From the IMG/VR virus record IMGVR_UViG_3300042691_023183, positions 32,001 through 96,000 of that record: DNA of 64,000 bases; one strand, written 5' to 3'. A model generated the notes under the pieces. It was not told the DNA's origin. It saw nothing but the letters and a program-made list of their open reading frames with translations, and made no database searches. The position numbers were made by a program, and so were the translations under genes. The stretch is from a virus. Every line of letters starts with the position of its first letter. Within the stretch, counting starts at the first letter, position 1. Positions 57,025-64,000 of the stretch are shown piece after piece.

Positions 57025-58946
57025 ATGAACTTACGAAGGATCAGTGGAAAAAAAGTATGTCAACCGGATTTGGTGATAGTAGTCATCCAATCAATATGGA
57101 CAATCCACATCACGATAAACTGGTGGTTAAGTTAGAAAATGCCGAAATGGCCATGAGTGACATGACCAAGGCCATTGAATATAGCGACAAGTTGCAGAAG
57201 ATGTTCAATGTCAGTGATGATTTGGAAGATTGGGTAAAAGCCAAGTTGAATCACGCTGCGGATTATATTGCTACTGTAAGAGATTACTTGAAGTTTTACC
57301 ATGATGAAAAATCGTTGGGTACATCTGATCAAGAAATAAACGAAAGGTGGACACGTAAGTATAAAACCAGTATTGATTGTTCACATCCAAAGGGATTTAG
57401 TCAAAGAGCACATTGTGCTGGACGTAGAGCTAGACGTGATGGTAGACATACCAAAAGTAGTTCTGTTAGCGAAGTGGAAGTATATAACGAAGTTTTAAAA
57501 GATTTGATTGAGGATATTCTTGAAGAAGAAAGTTCTATGGCAATGGGTGCGGTGAAACAGATAAACAGTGATGCACAAGAACTTCAATCAATGTTGAAAC
57601 CACAGATGGAACTTCCTGACTGGTGTAAAGCCAAATTAAACTTGGCAGGAGAATATTTGGATGATGTATATCATCACTTAGATCATTTTGGTCCACAAGG
57701 TCGTAAGTTTGATGAAAACATCAACGAACTTGATTATGAAGGTGCGGTGGGTTTTCATGAATTGATGACTTTTTATGGAAAAGCGTCAGATGAACAACGT
57801 CAACAAATGGATGATTGTTTGGCTAATAAAAACGTTGATTGTGTCAAAGATCTAATTCATCAAGTAACTGGTATGACTATGAATAATGTTAAAGAAGCTG
57901 TTACAGATCCACGTTTTCTTGCAATGAAACAGATGAGTCCACAGGACTTGGAACGTTATATTCTTTCTACTCAACAAAAGAAGTCATCATATGTTCCACC
58001 CGTTATACAAAAAGCATATTGGATAAGTCCAATCGGAGAATTGACTCCTGTATCTGATCACGAAAGATGGGCAAAAGAAATGTATCCTGACGCAAAAGAT
58101 CCAAAGATGGAAGCATTTCGTAATGGATATATTAGAATGGTATATTCTGTTCTTAAGAATGGTCGTGTTCAGTTTGACTTTCAAAATATAAAAACTCCAT
58201 CTGGTGGAGAAGAATTCAATAAAAATGGTAATTCTACGTTAGGAATACCTCCTGTTAAACCGAATGTCATGGTAGTGATACATCAATTTATTAAAGAAAA
58301 GAATAAATTGACTAACACTGTTGCTGATGATAACTTGGAGGAAGCCATGAGTATCGAAGAAGATTGGAAAAAGATGTTAGGTACCGCCGCATTAGCAGCT
58401 GCTACTGCATTTGGTACCCCGCAGGTACAAGGTGGTGCGTCTGCGAATGTCACCACTCCACAACCTGTTGTAACAACAACTGTACAAAAACAATATCCGT
58501 ATACAGTTGAAGATATCATTGCCGCTACACTAGTTGATGAAGCTGGTGGAGAGAAAAATTCATTGGAGGGCATGCATGCTGTCTTGAACGTTATTATGAA
58601 TCGTGCGAAAGGCAATATACGTCAAGCTGCAATTGAATGTTTGAAACCAAAACAGTTTAGTGGTTGGAATACCGTTGATAAAAAGAGTGCAGATGCAATC
58701 AAGAAATTTATCGACTCCAAACGTGGACATTCACAATTCAAGAACGCTTTGAAGTTGGTTGACCAAGCAAAAAACAAATCCTTGAAGGATATTACCAAAG
58801 GATCCAATCATTTTTTGAATGTAAAGTTAACACAACAACAACGTAAAGGCGGTAAATTACCATCTTGGTACGATCCTAAAAAGGTTGTTGTTGACTATGG
58901 AAAACATCGGTTCTTGAAATTAGAAGAGTTGTATGAACTTGCCTGA
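57021..58946 (+). CDS. Mosaic protein with duplicated helical module and C-terminal SleB-like cell-wall hydrolase
   Basis: Two MA....L..M....L.DW.KAKL..A..Y...V..YL repeats; IAATLVDEAGGE, AVLNVIMNR, QFSGWN, G..HF, YGKHRF. Confidence 0.82.
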   Translation: MNELTKDQWKKSMSTGFGDSSHPINMDNPHHDKLVVKLENAEMAMSDMTKAIEYSDKLQKMFNVSDDLEDWVKAKLNHAADYIATVRDYLKFYHDEKSLGTSDQEINERWTRKYKTSIDCSHPKGFSQRAHCAGRRARRDGRHTKSSSVSEVEVYNEVLKDLIEDILEEESSMAMGAVKQINSDAQELQSMLKPQMELPDWCKAKLNLAGEYLDDVYHHLDHFGPQGRKFDENINELDYEGAVGFHELMTFYGKASDEQRQQMDDCLANKNVDCVKDLIHQVTGMTMNNVKEAVTDPRFLAMKQMSPQDLERYILSTQQKKSSYVPPVIQKAYWISPIGELTPVSDHERWAKEMYPDAKDPKMEAFRNGYIRMVYSVLKNGRVQFDFQNIKTPSGGEEFNKNGNSTLGIPPVKPNVMVVIHQFIKEKNKLTNTVADDNLEEAMSIEEDWKKMLGTAALAAATAFGTPQVQGGASANVTTPQPVVTTTVQKQYPYTVEDIIAATLVDEAGGEKNSLEGMHAVLNVIMNRAKGNIRQAAIECLKPKQFSGWNTVDKKSADAIKKFIDSKRGHSQFKNALKLVDQAKNKSLKDITKGSNHFLNVKLTQQQRKGGKLPSWYDPKKVVVDYGKHRFLKLEELYELA

Positions 58947-59214
58947 GTTTCCGACTTCTATAAACGATCCAATCTTTCAAAGTTTGGTTCGTAGAAAGAA
59001 ACAGGGAGAAGATACAACACTTCCTCCTGTTCAAGAATTTCCTCAATCGGATATTGATGAACTAGAGTCTTTTTGTAGGGCACATGGTATATTGGGATTT
59101 AACTGTGGACGTATGAATCCCAAGGCCGCACTACAAATGCTTAAAAGCAAATTGGGTGTATTGAGTCATAACGAAGTTACTTCGACTCAAGTAAAACAAA
59201 TATTAAAGGGTTAA
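58933..59214 (+). CDS. Hypothetical protein
   Basis: 93-aa ORF coupled to the preceding gene. Confidence 0.65.
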   Translation: MNLPEFPTSINDPIFQSLVRRKKQGEDTTLPPVQEFPQSDIDELESFCRAHGILGFNCGRMNPKAALQMLKSKLGVLSHNEVTSTQVKQILKG

Positions 59215-59684
59215 CTCCAAAGGTTAACTGCTATACGTTTCCATTTATTATCAACGTATACATAAATGTAATTATCATCTAATCTTACTTCTCCGACTAA
59301 TCCTGAATCTGTTGGTGATGTTGGTGCGGATGCGGTGGTATTAAGTTGAAATGATACAAATGACCCACTTGGTGAACTAATACTATTAGTGAAATACGCA
59401 TTAGATGCAGTGATGTCACCACCACTTCCACTTAGACTAGAACTTACATCACTTGGTACAACGATTAAACTGCCACTGATGATTTGATTTCCTTGGAACG
59501 TATTACTTCCAGTACTAGCACTTCCACTAATAGATGTTACCAGTTCGTTGATACTTACCGCGGCTAAATTACCAGATCCATCTGTACCAAATACAATGTT
59601 GGACCCAGATAGATATTTTTCATCGAACTTCGTATTAGAAGCATTTCTCTGTGAAAATATGATGCTTAATGGATATAGTGGCAT
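59211..59684 (-). CDS. Ser/Gly-rich virion/fibre-type protein
   Basis: TGSNTFQGNQIISGSL beta repeats; C-terminal G..GE...DDNYIYVY....WKR module. Confidence 0.72.
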   Translation of the reverse strand: MPLYPLSIIFSQRNASNTKFDEKYLSGSNIVFGTDGSGNLAAVSINELVTSISGSASTGSNTFQGNQIISGSLIVVPSDVSSSLSGSGGDITASNAYFTNSISSPSGSFVSFQLNTTASAPTSPTDSGLVGEVRLDDNYIYVYVDNKWKRIAVNLWS

Positions 59685-59802
59685 ACAATACGTATAAATA
59701 TAAGAAAAAACGGTAGATCTATGTTTTAAAATATATTTATGACGGTATGGGCTTTAAAGAACAACTTTTGGAACAAACACTTGAACTGAAAGAAAGAAAT
59801 TT

Positions 59803-60753
59803 ATGAAAAGAATATATATTGTTTTGTCGTTATTGTTATTAACCAGTTGTGCTACTGTTAGACCCGCTAAACAAGTTACTACCAATCAAGATGGTATTGC
59901 TAAAGAAGAAAAGAAAGTAGATAAAACCTTGGATCAAATTGATAAGAATGAACAAGGTAAAAAATCACAAACATCTACATTAGCACAAGGTATTCAACAC
60001 TCGTTGAATCAAGTTACCAATCCTCCAATTCAGGTTGAAACTGCCAAGTCTTTGAACGACCGTGTTGTTTCTATTGTTGGATCTCCTAACGTCGATGAAA
60101 TGAAACGTATCAAAGCAACCGTGGATCTTTTGAATTCCGCAGTTGAAGAAGAACGTAAAAAAGGTCAAGAGTTGTTGAGTAAACGTGATGAAATTATCAG
60201 TAAATTACAACAAGAAAATGCCGAACTCAATCAAAAGTACGATGACCAAATGTGGGAAATGACTGATAAGGCTAAGGAACAAGCAAAAATAGCAGATCAA
60301 AATAAAGCCGCATTGGATTCAATGAGCGGTATGTTTGGTTTGAACGCTGTATTTTGGGGTTTAAAGAAGTTTGTATTTAGTTGTTTAACCTTTATTATTG
60401 TTTTTGGTATTATCTTCTTGATTTTACGTGTATTGAGTACATTGAATCCCGCCGCAGCTGCTGCTTTCGGTATTTTTAATCTAATTGGTACTACAATATT
60501 GAGTATGATTAAGGCACTAACACCACATGCGTTTGAAATGGCTAATTTTACATCTAAAGATCATGTAGATGAATACAAATCACCGTTGACAAAAATAGTG
60601 GATGTAATTCAAGAGTTCCGTGAAAAATACAAAGAAAATCCAGATCGAACTTTTACATTAGATGAGTTATTGAAGAAATTTGATAAAGAAATGGACAGTC
60701 ATGAGAAGTCACTGATTGATAATCTATTGGCCGAACTAAGATGGAAACGGTAA
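59803..60753 (+). CDS. Lipoprotein with coiled coil and C-terminal TM helices (spanin-like topology)
   Basis: Lipobox LLTSC, long helical region, hydrophobic segments at about aa 190-235. Confidence 0.72.
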   Translation: MKRIYIVLSLLLLTSCATVRPAKQVTTNQDGIAKEEKKVDKTLDQIDKNEQGKKSQTSTLAQGIQHSLNQVTNPPIQVETAKSLNDRVVSIVGSPNVDEMKRIKATVDLLNSAVEEERKKGQELLSKRDEIISKLQQENAELNQKYDDQMWEMTDKAKEQAKIADQNKAALDSMSGMFGLNAVFWGLKKFVFSCLTFIIVFGIIFLILRVLSTLNPAAAAAFGIFNLIGTTILSMIKALTPHAFEMANFTSKDHVDEYKSPLTKIVDVIQEFREKYKENPDRTFTLDELLKKFDKEMDSHEKSLIDNLLAELRWKR

Positions 60754-60853
60754 CATATATTAAGTTGAACATCGTTACATAGTAATATATACTATTACCA
60801 TAACAAGTAAATTATATTTAGTGTATACTAAATAAACCACTAGTTATTAAGGT

Positions 60854-61159
60854 ATGAGTATGAAGTATTATATTATTGACAAACAGGTTAGTCATCAACC
60901 TGCCATTTTTAATTCACTAAATGAACTAGTTAGTACACTTGAACGTGTGGTACAATACAAGTTCAAGATGACTCGTAAACAGTACATGCAAAATCTTATA
61001 GATTTGGGACATGGTGTTGATGATCATCTTGGACGTACATTTACTGAATCTATGTCTGAATACGTAGAGATTGGCGTTATGAAGAATAACGCATGTGTTC
61101 GTTGTAATGTACATGAAGTGACACATTACGCTAAGTATATTAATGAAATGGGTCACTAA
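60854..61159 (+). CDS. Hypothetical protein
   Basis: 101-aa ORF starting the helicase operon. Confidence 0.65.
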   Translation: MSMKYYIIDKQVSHQPAIFNSLNELVSTLERVVQYKFKMTRKQYMQNLIDLGHGVDDHLGRTFTESMSEYVEIGVMKNNACVRCNVHEVTHYAKYINEMGH

Positions 61160-61162
61160 TAT

Positions 61163-62776
61163 ATGATCAACATTGATATTGAGTGGGGTGATCCCTATCA
61201 AATGTCCGATGATAAAGGTATGTGGAGACGGGAAGGTTTGATTCCGGTCTCTTACCGTAATGAGTTTTTTGCTTACTGGAAGGTTAATAGTTATAAACTA
61301 AAGGACAAGGGTTTTGGTGTAGTAAAAAAAGATAAAGATTGGTATTTAACCCAAACCAAAACAACCAAAGACCAATTTACCAACGCAAAACCCAAACAGT
61401 TGATATCAGAAGATGTGGTGTTAAAGCCATATACAATGAAACACAGTGATGGATTGCGTCCATGGCAGGTTGAAAGCGTTGCCAAACTATGTTCTGTGAT
61501 TAAAACGATTGGATGTGGTATTGACGGTAGTGACGTTGGTATTGGCAAAACATACGTTGCATGTGGTGTTGCACGTGAATTGGACATGGATATTCTTATT
61601 GTGTGTCCTAAAGCAGTTATGGAAAGTTGGAGACGTGTTGTCATTAACCACTTTAAAATGAAAACCCGGTTGATTGGTATTATCAACTATGAACTACTTC
61701 GTATGGGTCGTTCAGATTCAATGATTGCATCCTACGTTAAAAACCGTAAAACCCACGTAGAGGAGTTTAAATGGAAGATTCCTAAATCCACCTTGATTAT
61801 ATGGGATGAAAGTCAGAAACTAAAAGGAGCCACTACTAAAAACAGCGAGGTATGTTTAAAAGCTCTTAAAGACGGATATAAAATGTTGTTTTGTAGCGCT
61901 ACCAACGCTACTAATCCGTTGGAATTACGAACTGTTGGGATGGCAATTAAACTTTTTGAAAACAATCGTCAGTATTATCAGTGGTTGTATACACATGGTG
62001 TATCCAAAGGTCGATTTGGATTACAGTTTAACGGTAATAAAGAAGTATTAAAGAAACTCCACAAGGATATCTTTGTTAATCGTGGAACTCGTCTTACAAG
62101 AGATACCATTCCGAACTTTCCAGAAAGTCAAATTATTGCGGAGTGTTATGATATGGAAGAAGAAGCCAAACACAAGATCAACTCCATTTATGACGAAATG
62201 GAAGTTGAATTGACTAAACTCAAGAAGAAGGTCAAAAAGGAAAAGAATGATACCGCAAGTGAGTTGACTGCTATTTTAAGAGCAAGACAAAAAGTAGAAC
62301 TTGTAAAAGTTCCATTGTTTGTAGAAATGGTTGAAGAAGCTCTTGAAAACAACATGAGTGTGGTTGTCTTTGTTAATTTTACTGAAACCATAACAGCGTT
62401 ATCTAAACGTCTTGGTACCAAGTGTATTGTTAACGGTGTTGTATCTGACACTGAAAGACAACAAAACATTGATGATTTTCAAGCGGATAAGCAACGAGTT
62501 ATATTGGTGAATATTGCGGCTGGTGGTGCGGGTTTGTCATTGCATGATTTGCATGGCAATCATCCACGACAAGCATTAATTAGTCCATCGTATAGTGCTG
62601 TACAAATGAGACAAGCAACTGGACGTGTGTGGCGTGATAGTGCAAAGAGTAAGAGTATTCAAAAAATTGTATTTGTTGCAAATACAGTTGAAGAAAAAGT
62701 ATGTGACGCTGTTAATGAAAAATTAAAGAACATGGATTTATTAAACGATGGTGATTTGAAATATGAAAAGAACTAA
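61163..62776 (+). CDS. SF2 (SNF2-like) helicase
   Basis: LRPWQ, DVGIGKT, WDESQ, SAT, AGGAGLSL, QATGRVWR. Confidence 0.9.
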   Translation: MINIDIEWGDPYQMSDDKGMWRREGLIPVSYRNEFFAYWKVNSYKLKDKGFGVVKKDKDWYLTQTKTTKDQFTNAKPKQLISEDVVLKPYTMKHSDGLRPWQVESVAKLCSVIKTIGCGIDGSDVGIGKTYVACGVARELDMDILIVCPKAVMESWRRVVINHFKMKTRLIGIINYELLRMGRSDSMIASYVKNRKTHVEEFKWKIPKSTLIIWDESQKLKGATTKNSEVCLKALKDGYKMLFCSATNATNPLELRTVGMAIKLFENNRQYYQWLYTHGVSKGRFGLQFNGNKEVLKKLHKDIFVNRGTRLTRDTIPNFPESQIIAECYDMEEEAKHKINSIYDEMEVELTKLKKKVKKEKNDTASELTAILRARQKVELVKVPLFVEMVEEALENNMSVVVFVNFTETITALSKRLGTKCIVNGVVSDTERQQNIDDFQADKQRVILVNIAAGGAGLSLHDLHGNHPRQALISPSYSAVQMRQATGRVWRDSAKSKSIQKIVFVANTVEEKVCDAVNEKLKNMDLLNDGDLKYEKN

Positions 62777-63074
62777 AATTATAGTAAGATTGTCGTCTGA
62801 GTATTTTACAATTGATATTGAAGATATGTTTGACGATCCGTATATGGAAGCCTGCACACGAGCAATAGAGTTTAAATGTAAAACCAGTGATAAACTCTCA
62901 GCTCCACCGTGTATTATTGCGTCTTTGGATCGTAAAGGTGCAAAAACACATGTATATAACACTTATAACGTTTTGATAAATGCGGGATTACATACCTTCG
63001 CTGAAAACTTAAGAGTTAGATTCATGAATGACAGTGGCATCGATTTACAAAAAGAACCATCAAAATCTAAATAG
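62763..63074 (+). CDS. Hypothetical protein
   Basis: 103-aa ORF coupled to the helicase. Confidence 0.6.
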   Translation: MKRTKIIVRLSSEYFTIDIEDMFDDPYMEACTRAIEFKCKTSDKLSAPPCIIASLDRKGAKTHVYNTYNVLINAGLHTFAENLRVRFMNDSGIDLQKEPSKSK

Positions 63075-63075
63075 T

Positions 63076-63792
63076 ATGGATAATATACCAGATAATCTTT
63101 CTCCAGATTTGATACAGGAACTTGAAAAGTTAAAACAAGAAGTACGTGAAATTAAAAAACTTCAAGGTTTAGGTGAATCAGTTGCGGAAGAAATTCAAAG
63201 AGAAATTGCCGAAAGTCTTGACGTTCCACATTTACGTGATAAACAGGATAGCCTAAAGGTAAAACTAAAAAGAGGACACGGATCAAGACCACTTTTGCAA
63301 TCAGAAATTGCAGCTGCTCAAGCGGTTTCACGTAGTGGTCGTGAAGCAGCACGTAAGTTGGGAGTAAACTATTTAACATATCGTAAGTATGCAAAAATGT
63401 ATGATATGCACAATCTTTTGAATCCATTCAACAAAGGAATCAAAAAAGATGTAGATCCCGAAGTTGGTAAATATCCGTTAGCAGAATTGTTGGAAGGTAA
63501 GTATCCAGATTATCCTGTATACCGACTCAAAGACAAGTTGATCCGATCACGTAAGAAAGACGCTTGTTGTGAAATCTGTGGATATAGAGAACGTAGGGTT
63601 GTAGATGGAAAGATACCGTTACTGTTGAATTTTGAAGACGGTAACTCAAAGAATCATAAAATTGAAAATATCAAGTTACTGTGTTACAATTGTACGTTTG
63701 TAGCGGGTAAAGGGTTTATTAAAAGAGGACAAAAACACTTTGATCCAGATGTGATGCAAGGATCGAAACACTTGTTTATTACTAGATTCTAA
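63076..63792 (+). CDS. HTH + degenerate HNH/zinc-finger protein
   Basis: S.REAARKLGVNY.TY (HTH); CEICG...LLLNFEDG...N...EN..LLCYNC. Confidence 0.75.
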   Translation: MDNIPDNLSPDLIQELEKLKQEVREIKKLQGLGESVAEEIQREIAESLDVPHLRDKQDSLKVKLKRGHGSRPLLQSEIAAAQAVSRSGREAARKLGVNYLTYRKYAKMYDMHNLLNPFNKGIKKDVDPEVGKYPLAELLEGKYPDYPVYRLKDKLIRSRKKDACCEICGYRERRVVDGKIPLLLNFEDGNSKNHKIENIKLLCYNCTFVAGKGFIKRGQKHFDPDVMQGSKHLFITRF

Positions 63793-63806
63793 CATATTTA
63801 TATAGC

Positions 63807-64000
63807 ATGGACACATGTGATCATATATTAGCAAAGTATGGAGTTATGGCCAACTTTTCAATTGCAAAGAAGGTCACCAAAGAACGTATCAAAAGAATGT
63901 CTGAACGGTTAAACACCGAAGACGAAACTTCTGCGGAGTTTCAAGAAGCATTAAAACAAGAAATTCTAAAAGAAACTCAGGTAGCAATATTCAATAATAC
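63807..64000 (+). CDS. Hypothetical protein (3'-truncated by window edge)
   Basis: ATG at 63807 after a TATTTATA motif; frame MDTCDHILAKYG... is open to the window end. Confidence 0.6.
   Translation, partial: MDTCDHILAKYGVMANFSIAKKVTKERIKRMSERLNTEDETSAEFQEALKQEILKETQVAIFNN

Noticed and set aside
1-64000. Stop-codon reassignment
   Set aside because: Genes are full length in the standard code and TAA, TGA and TAG all terminate ORFs; only one in-frame split (31944) was seen.

Overview
This 64-kb window is a densely coding, AT-rich segment of a large lytic dsDNA phage with T4-like replication genes and the standard genetic code. Core genes are nrdA/nrdB, a family-B DNA polymerase, sliding clamp, clamp loader subunits, dUTPase, a dNMP-kinase-like protein, a Cas4/RecB-like nuclease, UvsE, an SF2 helicase and a MoxR-vWA pair. 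Three large glycan-biosynthesis islands (about 12.6-32.5, 37.3-43.9 and 47.0-52.9 kb) encode roughly 20 glycosyltransferase-like proteins, several methyltransferases, Glf and an rml/C-methyltransferase pathway. The standout is a non-carboxylating RuBisCO-like protein (form IV-like) translationally coupled to a sugar nucleotidyltransferase and a cupin, preceded by a deleted HAD-phosphatase remnant; this may be an undescribed nucleotide-sugar pathway. A second candidate system at 53-59 kb is a set of mosaic proteins with T4 capsid-targeting-like N-termini that carry ArdC/zincin, nucleotidyltransferase and SleB hydrolase domains. A TATWTAT(A) motif recurs upstream of putative late genes. I saw no tRNA, rRNA, CRISPR array or integrase. 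All family calls come from motif recognition by eye, not database searches.
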